Source of the DNA: the human T2T-CHM13v2.0 reference genome, Homo sapiens
Strand: one strand, 5' to 3'
NCBI RefSeq assembly: GCF_009914755.1
Contig: NC_060938.1
Length of the DNA: 64,000 bases
Every line of letters begins with the position of its first letter. Position 1 is the stretch's first letter. Shown here piece after piece: positions 25,900 through 39,800 of this stretch. Position numbers and translations under genes: made by a program. Under the pieces are notes generated by a model that made no database searches, was not told where the DNA came from, and saw nothing but the letters and a program-made list of their open reading frames with translations.

Positions 25900-26215
25900 G
25901 CTTATGAGGATTTAATTAGAGAGGAAGGGAACAAAGTTAGGTGAGAAACAGTGAGGGTTTAAACTAGTGACATTGGTAAAGAAGGAAGATGGACAGATTC
26001 AGTGACATTTAAATATACCTGAGACAGAAAATTTTCGTTGATTCATTTTGAAATATGAAAGATTTAAGGATGACCCAGGGTTACTTAGCATGAAGAAATT
26101 GATGGACAATGATCCAATTTACTGAAGGGTGAGAAAAAGTAGGTTTCTTTTTTGTGGAAGTGGGGAAATGTGGGCTTGTGTTGTGAGGAATTATGAGTTT
26201 AGATTCAAATATACT
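25900..26215 (-). mobile_element. L2 fragment
   Basis: AGGATGACCCAGGGTT...GGACAATGATCCAATTTACTGA...GAGTTTAGATT resembles the L2 antisense consensus. Confidence 0.55.
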
Positions 26216-26449
26216 AATTTTTTTTTGTTGGTTCCTATTTTTCAATGCCTTTTCATGAACTATCATTCACATGTATTTCTCAAAATTTAAAACTACTTTT
26301 AATAGGAGTCTTTGTACTAATCCCTTATTCTTAAACCCAATTTATCTCTTGTTCCTCAAAACTTGCACCCTCTTAGACATTCAACTTACCTAATTATCCT
26401 CCTCTTCCCATATGTTAATTGTTGGCTGTTTTCACGGCTTTGAGTTAAC

Positions 26450-28330
26450 TTTGTGCTTGACATCAAAGCACACAACGTAGCTGCCTATTCAAGAGAAGAT
26501 TTGCTGGCCGGCTGTGAAGAAATGAGGTCGGCAGACAGCCTTCAGCTCTCAGCTCCCTTAGTGTATGCCTCAGCTGCAGAGAGCCACCTGCCTAGAGGAC
26601 ATGCTCTTCTCAGGAGCAGCCTACTTCTGATGACTGAGGAAGACAAGGGTATAAATGTCCAGTGCTTTCAGTTCAATATAAGACAATGCAGGTGAGCAAG
26701 TCCTGACAGATTGACTGTGGTTTGCTTGGACTGCATTATGTTTTAACTTGTCCCTCTGCTCTAACCTATTTCCTCCGCCTTCTTTTGCAGATATTTATTC
26801 CAAATCAATCCTGCACCAGAAGCTCCATTTCTGCATTCGCTTCCAGAAAACACAGCAGCCGTATGTGAATTTGGGAGTGGTCCCACGAACCGGTTATGAG
26901 ACGAGGTTTTGGAGCTGGATCACACCTGACACAACTGGCATTGAAAACCTTATTACCAAGAGCCTCTGGCACAAGGTAGAAGTCCAGTTGTAAAAACATT
27001 CATTGCTGGTGAATTGGGACAGTAGAAGTTGATGGAAAAACAGAATTAAGAAGTGTGGTATATCTGGCACTTCAAACTTTTTGGGAAAAAAAGATAACTG
27101 CAAATGCAAAGACAATGGAATTGGATGCTTTTTGCTAAACTGCGCTAATACTCAACAAAAAATAATGAAAAACTGAGGAAAATTTAAAAGTAATTAAAAA
27201 CCAACAGTGAATGCCAGAGGGTTTCTTTGTAAGGCAAATAAAGACCTTACTGCCTTCTTCAGAAAGGCAAAAAATCTGAGGCCCACGGTGAAGACACAAT
27301 AATGGCTAAGTGGTTGAACTTTACCAAAGGGCACTGGTAGGGAACACTAGTAACTGTGACACATGAGATGAAGTTATATGGGTAAATGTTTCCAAAGATT
27401 TTGATTCCTCAGGCACTGAAACTACAACTTCTGAGCCTGCAGAAATAATCTACCTTTCCCTTCAAGAACTAGAATTATCCATTTGTTGAGGAAACAAAAT
27501 GCAAAGGGTTTTTCACAAAAGTTGAGTGGCCTCCTTGGGCCACCTTCCCCCCTGTCCATTACGCCTATAATAAGGGTTAATTCACAGTATGACATAAATA
27601 GGATGCAAAAAGTCTGATGAGAGAGGAAAAGGCTCTATTTCAAAGGAGCTAGAAAACCTAGGTAGGGGGAATATGTGTATGAGTAGATTCTAAGCGTGCT
27701 TGTTCAGTGACACCAGCATATAAAATTGAAAAGGGGGGAGTTGATTGATTTCAAACACTCTCCCAAGATTACAGAATTTAATTCCCTAGGAAGGATCCAA
27801 GGAAATGGTATGAATTCACTGCTAGGATGGCTCCTAAAAGAATGAAAAATGTAACAACTAGTTTTGATTAAAGTTGAAATACCAAAGTTGTAATATGAAA
27901 TGGTGAAGGGAGGAAATAAAAGGCTCAAGGAATTGGACGTGCTGGAATGAATACACTATCTACAGCTGAAAGATGCGGTAAAATATTATGTTCCATCAGA
28001 ATGCTCAGAGGACAAATTATTCCTAAAAGCGTACGGTTTTCATGGAGAGATGCACCCATAACACTAAAAAGATCAGAGATGTTCTCCTTTGTAGGAAAGG
28101 GCTGATTCCATTGGAAAGTTACCACAGAACTTGACTTGAAGATAGCAGAAGATATGATAAAACCCCAAAACAGTAGGGGTCAGCTGACAGTGCTTAACCA
28201 ACAGAAGGCAAAAGTATGCAATAATCATAATGAGAGTGAAGGTTAAGTGGTTGATAAGGAGGCCTTGCCACATGGGCATGCTTCATGGAGCACAGTCACA
28301 TTAGGAAGAAAATAAATGGATCTCCAAAAA
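26450..28330 (+). mobile_element. LTR16A-like LTR (~26450-26862) plus adjoining ERV-L (ERV3-16A3-like) internal gag remnant
   Basis: GCAGACAGCCTTCAGCTCTCAGC...GCCTCAGCTGCAGAGAGCCACC, then GGGAGTGGTCC...TTTTGGAGCTGGATCAC leader and ERV-L gag-like sequence. Confidence 0.7.
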
Positions 28331-30009
28331 GAATTTTAAATTTATGTCAAAATCTGTAAGCATCTTGAGTCCCAGTATAAAGACAGGGGCTTAATTCTAT
28401 AATGTAATTATCCAAAATATTTGTTGGTTGTCTGATTGAGAGTTGCATGGCAAATTTCATATGTTTGGGATATTAGGTAGAGAAGAGTTGTCAATATTTG
28501 GAAATTACCTTGTTCAGGAAGCATACAGTAATGAAGATACAAGGAAAAATGAGCTTAAATCAGGACTGGCAAAGGAAATGCAAAGAAGTAAAAATACACA
28601 AAAATTTTACCAAAAAATTCTTGGTTATTTTACATTTTGAAAGTAGAAATGAATGAAAAATAATGAAGAGTAATGAAAAATCAAATATAAAGCTAGTTAT
28701 TTCAAATTACACTAAACACAATAAAACGCTTTGAGTGGAAATTAGGTTTTTCAAAAAATATTTATTGTATGACTTTTCTGCACCTGTCACTGTACTAAAA
28801 TGTCAACACTGAAATTGCACTCTCTACTGATGATGACAGAAGTAAAATAAGAAAGAAATGTTAAGGGAAAGTAGCAGGAAAAGAATGTTTGCACCTGTCT
28901 TTGAGCAGTTAGAAAATTACTCTTTTTAGGAAAAAAAAATAACATTTTTAAATAATGCAGGTACGATGAATGTCACTGAATAATACTATAGCATTGCAAA
29001 TTAGACATATTAAGAACTTGAAAGATAACAAAAAGCAAACGTAAATTCCTGCCCATATCTTACTTAGTTCATACACTATGTATGTTTAAATATTGTCCTG
29101 ATTTTAGGTAATGCTACCTACTTCACTGATTTATTAAATAATGCCCTGAATTATCTTTCATATGTTTTATATGAATTTATTTCTTTATTCCACATGAGAT
29201 ATGTTTTTCATAAAGGGTTGGCCTGTATTTTATGATTTATATTCAACTTATCTTCTATAGATCTGGGTCTACTTGAAGCATACATTTTACACATATCTTA
29301 ATAAATGATCTGGTTACAAACTATAATAAGAGGATTCCTGTTGTAAAAGTCAATGTATGAAAATAAATTGTGTTAAATACTTAAAATGTAACCAATGTGA
29401 TGTCACATTGTGGCTTTTTAAAGTTAGATATATAGTTTTCATATTTATGGATATATATATATGGTGATTTACAATATTACATATAGTAGTTATACAGTGA
29501 GTGGCACTATATTATAGAAAGCTTAGTGAAATATCAATTGTGTTACAGAACAAAGAAGCAATTCTGAGTGCCCTCTATGTCTAATAAAATAAATTTTAAC
29601 TACATGAATAGTAGGGATAGTGTATATGATGTGGGTTTGTAAACCACTTGGATAGTAAATAAAATCAAACAGCAATGATATAGACTGAGTCGTTCTGATT
29701 ATAAGGAAGTAGAGAAGGAACACATGATTACATTTTCACAACTCCAAAGTAAACTATGTATGTACTCCCTCCAGCAATATTTTCTGCAGATGATAAAATC
29801 AAAAGACTGAGAATACTGGGTACTGGCCTTTGAAAGGGCAATTCAAATACCAGGTAGCTTTTGGGGTCAGTGACTGTATTAAACATGACTTGTACATCAT
29901 TATTTTAATAATTCCAGCAAAGTATATTAAGCATAATTTTAACTTTGAAATTATTTTATAAATCTGGAAATTGTTGGTAGAAATATTTTTTATTTGTAAC
30001 TCATGGTAA

Positions 30010-30429
30010 TGTGTTTTTCTGTTTTTGCCTCATTATAGAGAAATACTTGAGGCTGGGTAATTTATAAAGAAAAGAGGTTTAATTGGCTGACATTTCTGTA
30101 GGCTATACAGGAAATGTGGTCCTGGCATCTGCTTCTGGTAGCCCTCAGGAAACTTACAATCATGGCAGAAGGCAAAGTGGGAGCAGGCACATTACATGGC
30201 AAGACAAAGAGAAAGACAGAGAGAGAAGGGGGAGGTCCTAGACTCTTTCAAACAACCAGATCTCATGTGAACTAACTGTACAAGAACTCACTTATCAAGA
30301 GGTTGGTGCTAAACCATTCATGGGAGCTTTGCCTCCATAATCCAATCACCTTCTACCAGGCCCTACTTCCAACACTGGAAATTACAATTCAACCTGATAT
30401 TTGGAGGGGAAAATATCCATAGGACACCA
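30010..30429 (-). mobile_element. MSTB/MSTA-type solo LTR
   Basis: GAGGCTGGGTAATTTATAAAGAAAAGAGGTTTAATTGGCT...; near-TSD GGTAA/GGTAC. Confidence 0.85.
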
Positions 30430-30813
30430 GGTACTCATCAAAGATATTGTGGTGACTTCAAAATACTATATTATAAAGATAAAATAAAATTTAAAAAGAA
30501 TAGCTTTGTTTTACCTTGAATTATATAGCTTCAATTAAATTTAATTAGATATTTTAAATTTTAATACTACTTCATTTTCTGTTAAATTTTAAAATGTTGT
30601 TACTTCATAAGAAAAACAGATTTCATTGCCTGACATATAATTCTATTTCATTTAACATGATTTTTTAGAAAGGTCATACAATCCTAGAATTCAGAATTGA
30701 AGAGATTTTCCACTTTATCTATATTTGCTATTTCATTATGTAGTTAAAAAAAATAGAATCTTAGATAAAGTTGATTGTGTAAGCTTGCAAAATTAACATC
30801 AGACCACATCTGC

Positions 30814-31305
30814 TGATGGAAATAAGAACATGATACCCCACAATTACGGTGTCCTGATGTTTGAGAAAACAGCAGATGCAGGAAGAGCTGTCTTACCTTC
30901 TCTTCATCCCTTCTCCTTTAAAGCAGGCCATAAAACCTAGCTGACCTACTTCTAAAGTTGGTCATAAGACCTTCATTTCAGAGGTGCCCATCCCATGCAA
31001 GAACAAGAGGAATGTTCTTATTTTTGAAGACACAGGAATACGAAGAAGAATCTAGATGAGAAGGCCCTGTTAAGTTTCCACCAGTTTATTACTATTAAGC
31101 CACTTTCTTTCGTCCTTGAATAATATTTCTCCACAACTATTCACTTCATCAGACTTAGCACACAAATACACAGATTTCCACATTTCTTTGGGTTTTCATT
31201 TATTAAGTGTCCCATGTTACATAAAACTTATGTTACATAAACGTTTATGTTTTTTCTTGTTAATCTATCTTTTGAGTGAGAAAAAAATCTCTTCTCCTCT
31301 CCCCA
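30814..31305 (+). mobile_element. MER39/MER34-group ERV1 solo LTR
   Basis: TGATGG...ACCCCACAAT...TTTGAGAAAACAGCAGATGCAGGAAG...AAGCAGGCCATAAAACCTAG. Confidence 0.65.
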
Positions 31306-31976
31306 CTTCCAAATATTTAGCCCAATCACTGTGTTTCGTATACTTAAAATGTTCTCAAATATCATTGAAAACATTGCATATACATATTTTTCTAATACTT
31401 TTAACACCATAAAAGTTAATATAATTCTCATTTGACAGGCCTAGATAATGAAGCCCAGAGCATTATGTAACTTGATCACATGAAAAACTTCATAAGTAGC
31501 AGAGATGCCTTTTTAAAAAGTCCATGTATTACATTTTTAATAATTTATATTTAAATTAAACCAAACATTTATTTATTATTTTAGCAATTATTATTCAAGA
31601 ATTTACTATGGGGAAAGCATTTCACTAAATTTGACAGTTACAAAATACCATAAGGAAGGATGCAAGCACTCAAAGTCTCTGAGCTCTAATTCCATTTTAA
31701 CTTGGTCCCTGGGTCATTTGTATCTGAATTAACTTGTGTGTGTGTGATAAATGGAGAATCTAGCTCCAAAAAAGAGGATCTCACATGTAAGATTTACACT
31801 GTTTTCTTAAACTTCAGGTAAGTTGAATGTACATGAAGTTTTGACTTTTGGGCTTTTGAAAACATTAGTATTGACTGAAATTCATAAGAATTTAGTCATG
31901 AAGAACTCTTGTTTAGAAAGCTGACACAGGGCATGAGCTAGCATTTTTTCATATAGGCCTGTTCGTTTTGAATATT

Positions 31977-32354
31977 GTTACAAAGGCTGCTAATTATTTT
32001 AAAATATCTCTTTCCTTTTCTTCTGTGAACCAACTAGACCACATTTTCTCACGACTCTTGTAACTGATGTTGTCCTGAAATTGAGTTCTAATTAATGAAA
32101 TAGAAGAGACAGGATGTTTCATATTTCCAGGCAGAACTCTCGAAACAGCCCCCATGCTCCTTCATTCATTTTTCCTCTTCTAGCTGAACAGTATAAAACC
32201 CCCCAGAACTAACTTCTAAGGCATGTTTTGAAGATCGCTTACGTTACTGCCACCAAACATTCTTCTGTTCTGTAAACATAAAAACAAATCTTTTGGATTT
32301 GAGCCTTTACAAATTTAGGGAGCTTTTAATGCATCCTGACCTGAAGTAATACAC
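31977..32354 (+). mobile_element. Old MLT1 (I/J-like) LTR
   Basis: ACTAGACCACATTTTC...GAGTTCT...AATGAAAT and the terminal ...GTAATACA. Confidence 0.5.
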
Positions 32355-33119
32355 ATTAGGAAACTAAGTTAAGTTAGTATTTAGTGATGACATCTAAATT
32401 TAACCACCGGTATTTGTGGCAAGGAAATTAGTAAGAAATAATTAAATTATATTTACAAATATTAAGAAAGCTCTCTGATTTTACTATCCTGAGTCACTTG
32501 GTCTATTTATGCAGAAATGATCAATATATTAAACAGAACCTCTTATGGATTCAAATTCTCTTTTGCTGAATTGTTTGGACAATTTCAAGATGGGAAATTA
32601 TAACATTTTGTGAAATCAGTCTTCCTGATTTTAACTCCTTTACTAAATCATACAGCACAGGCCTGATGTGAATATTTGCTAAAGCTGAATTGCTGTATTG
32701 AGCTCTCAGATGTCTGAACATACTTTTCAAATGTCCCTTGAGTCCCTTGACTTAAGAATATTTTTATCTCTGTGCATCAACTTTTAAAAACAGATTCATC
32801 TCTTCCCTTGACACCTGTGGTTGTTAATAATTCATCCTGGTCCCCATCTGAAGGAATAATGGGCTAGATGGCTTTCTTTAGTATTTCTGAAATAACCTTT
32901 CTATAGAATCACGTTGCACTTATTGTGACTATGCTTATCTATTGAACAGATAAAACACTATTTTAAAGAGCAAAATAAGCTTTAGCTTTTCAAAAAATGA
33001 GGTTCAACATAAGTTAAAAATAAAGTCCTTAAGATGGTTACCTTAACTAGCCATCTTTCTTTACCTCATTAATATCAAGAAACATATACTTTCCTTATGT
33101 AAGTAAGCTTATTTAGTCA

Positions 33120-33620
<501 letters not shown>

Positions 33621-35725
33621 TTAATAACCGTGTTTCAGAGGAACATTTACTGTCATTATAAGGAGCTCAGAGTCTAGTGGTGGGAAAAATAGGATTTAAA
33701 ACAAAGTTAACTTACATAAAAAAAAGGAAAATAACATGCAGAAAAAATGATAGAAACAAAATAAATATTTATTATCTGCTATTTGAGGGGTTATGGGCAT
33801 ATTTATTTCTCCTATCTAATCTTTTTAATGTTTAAATGTTATTAGTTTGTTGTTTTTATAATCAATATAGTGTTTGAAACATAGGCATTTACTTTTGATA
33901 ACTTAAAAACACTTGCTCAAAATAAAGTGTTTTCTTGTTAACTTATATATTTTTTCTATTAATTGTCATTTTAGAAAAATGGCATAATATTTATTGAAAA
34001 CCTGAATTGACATTGTTCTCACTGACAAGAAAAAACTTTGTAAAATTTTGTAAGGCAGGTTAATTTTAATTAACCAAATGATTTAAATTACCTGATTTTT
34101 AAAAATAATTTAAAGTTACATAATTCTAATGTAGAATTAGAGGCAAGTCATGGTTACTGGTAGGAAAATTATCAACATTGTTTTCTCCTCCAAATGCCAT
34201 TGGATTGAATTAATTTATGATCTTTTAATAATAATTTAATGTATAATTTGATAATTTACTTGAAAAATAAATTTTCATTGCTCCTTAATGATCAGAATGA
34301 ATGCCACTGGTTTGGAATTTTCATTTGCTGCATAGTATATGGGTTATGTTTCATACATTAGCCATTTTTCAGAAAATCTGTAGGAGTTTTACCTCTGATT
34401 CTCACAGGCTAGAGACTGTAAAATAGTGGGGCATATGTACCATGGGACTGTGCTTCAATGTGGCACTGCATTGAGGTAGTTCCACAGCTGTGAGGAGTAA
34501 TGTTTTGCTACAGCTTGCCTGGTATGCCAAAGCTTACTCTGCTTTGTCAAATTGCCCAGTGTAAAAGCAGATGGAGTCCATGAAGTAACCCAAGGAAATG
34601 AAGATACTTAATTAAAATAAAGGTGATAATGGGGCCGTGTATCCCAGATGCATCTTTAGAACAGACAATTATGAGGATGCCTTTAGGAAAAGAGAAAGTA
34701 CAATAACCATTTCCTGGGAAACACAGTTGTATATTCAAGGTATTACTGAGACATCTATGCTCAAGCCATGGAAACATGGGGGCAGGATGAGGCGATTGTG
34801 TATGGAGCATTAAATGGATATCACCAAGTTGGTGGAAAAATATGCCTCAGGGCAACTTCAAAAAAAATTATGAGCCCACATCAGAAATCAAAAATACACT
34901 ATGTTAATAACTGTAGAATAAGATGTGTTCTTAGGACAATGATTGATTGATTAAAAAAAATAAAACAGAGTAGCACTCTTAAGGGAACACCGAGAGCTGA
35001 TCATATTTCTACAGCATAGCACTAGAAAATGTGTTGTTTACTGTTCTTTCCTTATAGTTGGCCCATGGAGCTAGTTATCCTAATGATGCAATCAGAGTAG
35101 ATAGAACAGACAGAAGACATGTACCTTGTCATTTCAGAGGTATGCAAGGATACTTGGAAACTTGAAAAACAATATTGATGAAATATTATCTTTGTAACTG
35201 CAATATTGCTGTTTCTCCAGACTCATTGTAATACAATATTAAATCATCAATGGCTTTTCATATCTATTTCTACTTATGTAAATATATGGTAAATGTGATA
35301 AGACCCCTTTTCCTGAGACAAAAGATGTTTGGTAAACTGTTTATTTAATGTTTGATTAATTACACTTAATTAATTTAATGTAATATCCTTAGACGTTTTG
35401 TGTAGTGAACATTTCTGTAATATGTTATCTAGTGCTATCTGTGTGATAAAGAAGTTTTTCTCAGTTTCATGGAAGTTAAGGAGCTCAATATGTTTGTTGA
35501 AAGCATACATTAGGTAAAAATATTGGGGAAAATTAGGGGACCTAATTGGGGTATATTATTTCTATTCTGGATGTTATAAACCATTTTAGACATTACTATA
35601 ATTTTAGCATTGACATATTGTAAATTTCTCCATCATAAGAGATTCGACACAGGGAGAGAAATTCAATACAACTCCTTGGTTGGGGATGAGTCCACCAGAT
35701 CTACTGATCCACCCCCTAATTCAGG

Positions 35726-35805
35726 ATTAATGCCATTATAATGGCATTAATTAATCCAGAATTAATGCCATTATAATGGCATTAATTAATCCAGAATTAA
35801 TGCCA
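35726..35805. repeat. 35-bp tandem repeat (2.3 copies); each full unit contains the perfect palindrome ATTAATGCCATTATAATGGCATTAAT
   Basis: Unit ATTAATGCCATTATAATGGCATTAATTAATCCAGA at 35726-35760 and 35761-35795, plus ATTAATGCCA at 35796-35805. Confidence 0.95.
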
Positions 35806-36860
35806 CTAATCACTGTTACATTTTTCCATTTCCTTAAAAAGAGAAGGCCATGATGACTTGTTTAATGCTCAGATAATGTAAATATTTTACTTTCAAATAC
35901 ATGTGATAATCATGCATCTGTCAACTCAACTTCATCTAAGAGAGATATCCTTTATTTTTACTAATATTAAACTAATCAAATTGTACTCTGATTTTTAAAA
36001 AACAAAACAGTAGTAATTAATTTCTAAGCAAGAAATATGTGTCTGAAAAGTATGTGTACACTACTGATGTTACAGCTTAGTGATAGTGAGATCTCCTGTG
36101 TGCCAGTTCTGCTTTGATAGGCAGGAGCCCAACAGAGAGTAATATAAGGAGTCTGAGGCCCAGTTAGAAGTTACGGCTGCTGTGGTGCATGTATAAATGT
36201 AGATGATAAGTGGAGAACGAGCTAAATCTAGCTCTTTTATCTATTTTAAACAGAATCAGTAAACAATAAGGAGCTGTGGAAGGATGTCATTCATTGAGTT
36301 TTTTTTTTTTTTTTTTTTTTGAGATAGAGGATACGCAGTTGTTAGGGTATGGCCAAGCAGTGACGTTTTGCAACTTCTGTCAAATAGGTTGAGTTAACAT
36401 ATGATCTAATGCCTACCACATTCCTGTCAACAAAATGTGTCCTAAGAATACAATGTTTGCAAAATCAACCCTTGTGGACCTTACAGAATAGAACACGATA
36501 AATAATGAAAAAGACCACACAAGTGATAGCAAAATTTAAACTAAAATAATTGCTACAGATAAAGGTTTTCAGTCGTATAAAAATGTATAAGAGAGGGCTC
36601 AAACCAATCAGGGGGTTCAGTGTTTATTTCTAAGGACATGGTTTTTGAAGTGAGTTTGGAAGGATGTGTGGGCACTGACTACAGGAAGAAAGTCAATGTG
36701 GGGAGAGCTCAAGGAGAGAGCACAGCTTCTACAAATCCCCCAAAGAAGGATTGTATAGTTGAAATGTAGAGACTCCAAATCAATGATGATAGTGGCAGAG
36801 GATGAAGCCAGAGAAGTAAGCCTGGACAAGACAAGGAGATTTATAAAAAAAAAAATTAAG

Positions 36861-39800
36861 TTTTTTTCTTCAATTTTTATTTTAAGTTCAGGGGTACATG
36901 TGTAGGATGTGCAGGTCTGTTACATAGGTAAATGAGTGCCATGCTGGTTTGCTGCACAGATCATCCCATCACCTAAGTATTAAGCCCAGCATCTATGAGC
37001 TATTCTTCTTGATGCTTTCCCTCACCCAACCCCTGCCTGACAGGCCCCAGTGTGTGCTGTGTTCCCCCATGTGTTCATGTATTCTCGCCATTCAGCTCCC
37101 ACTTATAAGTGAGAATATGTGGTATTTGGTTTCTGTTCCTGTGTTAGTTTGCTGAGGATAATGGCTTACAACTCCAACCATGTCTCTGCAAAGGACATTA
37201 TTTCGTTTCTTTTTATGACTGCATAGTATTTCATGGTGTATATGTACCATGTTTTCTTTATCCAGTCTATCATTGAAGGGCATTTACGGTGACTCCATGT
37301 CTTTGCTATTGTGCATAGTGTTGCAATGAACATACATGTGCATATATCTTTAGAATGATTTATATTTTTATGGGTATATATGCAATAATGGAATTGCTGA
37401 GTCAAATAGTATTTCTGCCTCTAGGTCTTTGAGGAATCACCACCCTGTCTTCCACAATGGTTGAACTAGTTTACACTTCCACCAACAGTGTAAAAGTATT
37501 CCTTTTTCTCTGCAACCTCGCCAAGATCTGTGGTTTTTTGACTTTTTAATAATAGTTATTCTGATTGGTATGAGATGGTACCTCCTTGTGGTTTTGATTT
37601 AAATTTCTCTAATGATCAGTGATGTTGAGTTTTTTTAATATGTTTTTTGGCCACATGTATGTCTTCTTTTGATAAGTTTCTGTTAATATCCTTTTCCTAC
37701 TTGTTAATGGGGTTATTTGTTTTGTTCTTATAAATTTAAGTTTCTTATAGAATCTGGATATTAGACATTTGTCAGATGGATAGATTGCAAAACTTGCAAT
37801 GGATAGATTGCAATCCTATTCTGTAGGTTGTCTCTTCACTCTGATGATAGCTTCCTCTGCGGTGCAGAAGCTGTTTAGCTTAATTAGATCACATTGATCA
37901 ATTTTCGCTTCTGTTGCGATTGCTTTTGGCACTTTCATCATGAAGTCTTTGCCTTTGCCTATGTCCTGAATGGTATTGCCTAGATTTTCTTCCAGGGTTT
38001 TTATAGTTTTGGGTTTTACATTTTAATTATTTAATCTATCTTGAGTTAATTTTTGTATGAGGTGTAAGAAAGGGGTCCAGTTTCAATTTGCTGCATATGG
38101 CTAGCCAGTTATCCCAGCACCATTTATTAAATAGAGAATCCTTTCCCCATTGCTTATTTTTGTTGGGTTTGTTGAAGATCAAATGGTTCTAGGTGTGTGG
38201 TATTATTCTGAGTTTTCTATTCTGTTCCATTGGTCTGTGTGTCTGTTCTTGTACCAGTGCCATGCTGTTTTGGTTACTGTAGCCTTGTAGTACAATTCGA
38301 AGTCAGGTAGTGTGATGTTACAGCTTTGCTCTTTTTGATTAAGATTGTCTTGGCCATTCAGGCTCTTTTTTGTTTCCATATAAATTTTAAAATAGTTTAT
38401 TCTAATTATGTGAAGAATGTCAATGGTAGTTTAATAGGAATGACACTGAATTTATAAATTACTTTGGGCAGTATGGCCATTTTCATGATATTGATTCTTT
38501 CTATTCATGAGCATGGAATTTTATTTTTCTTTTTTCATTTGTTTACTCTCTGATTTCCTTGAGCAGTGGTTTGTAGTTCTCCTTGAACAGATTGTTCACT
38601 TCGCTTGTTTGGTGTATTCCTAGGTATTTTATTCTTTTTGTAGCAATTCAGAATGGGAGTTCATTAATGGTTTGGTTCTCTGCTTGCCTGTGGTTGGTGA
38701 ATAGAAATTCCAGTGATTTTTGCACACTGATTTTGTATCCTGAGACTTTGCTGAAGTTGCTTATCAGCTTAAGAAGCTTTTGGGCTGAGACAATGGGGTT
38801 TTCTAGATATAGGATAATGTCATCTGCAAACAAAGATAATTTGACTTTCTCTCTTCCTCTTTAAATACCCATTGTTTCTTTCTCTTACTTGATTGCCCTG
38901 ACCAGAACTTTCAATATTATGTTGAATAAGAGTGGTAAGAGAGTGCATTCTTGCCTTGTGCTGGTTTTCAAGGGGAGTGCTTATAGCTTTTGTGCATTCA
39001 GTATTATATTGGCTGTGGTTCTGTCATATGTGACTCTTATTATTTCAAAGTATGTTCCTTCAATACTTAGTTTATTGAAAGTTTTTAACATGAATGGATG
39101 TTGAATTTTATCAAAAGCCTTTTCTGCATCTATTGAGATAATCCTGTGGTTTTTGTCTTTAGTTATGTTTATGTGATGAACCATATTTATTGATTCGCAT
39201 ATGTTGAACCAACCTTGCATCCCAGGGATGAAGCCAACTTGATTGTGTTGAATAAAATTTTGTATGTGCTGCTGGATTCAGTTTGCCAGTATTGTATTGA
39301 GGATTTTTGCATCATTGTTCATCAAGGTTATTGGCCTGAAGCTTTCTTTTTTGTTGTGTCTCTGCCAGGTTTTGGTATCAGGATAATGCTGGTCTCATAG
39401 AATGAGTTAGGGAGAAGTCTCTCCTTTTCAAATGTTTGAAATAGTTTCAGTGGAAATGATACCAGCTCTTCTTTCTACCTCTGGTAAAATTTGGCTGTGA
39501 ATCCAACTGGTCTTGGGCTTTTTTGATTGGTAGGCTATTTATTACCGCCTCAATTTCCAAACTTGTTGTTGGTCTATTTAGGGATTCAATTTCTTCCTGG
39601 TTCAGTCTTGGGGGACATTCTGTCTTTTTAAAAAACCTTTGTTAGCTTAATGTTTGTTTTGTTAGAAACTGGGATTGTGATCCCTCCTTTTTTCTGTTTT
39701 CCATTTGCTTGGTAGATTTTCCTCCATGCGTTTATTTTGAGCCTTTGTGTGTCTTTGCATGTGAGATTGGTCTCTTGAAGACAGCATACCAGTAGGTCTT

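Noticed and set aside
31810-31825. Perfect splice donor CAG|GTAAGT
   Set aside because: No convincing paired acceptor or ORF; expected by chance in 64 kb.
34540-34960. Slightly coding-like unique stretch with short ORFs
   Set aside because: No recognisable protein similarity; stops in all frames. Also true of 18700-19700. A database search would be needed.
35726-35805. CRISPR-like palindromic repeat
   Set aside because: The units are adjacent with no unique spacers, there are no cas genes, and the context is human DNA.
36299-36326. Poly(T) followed by GAGA, resembling an Alu end
   Set aside because: No Alu body or TSD follows; treated as a simple mononucleotide run.
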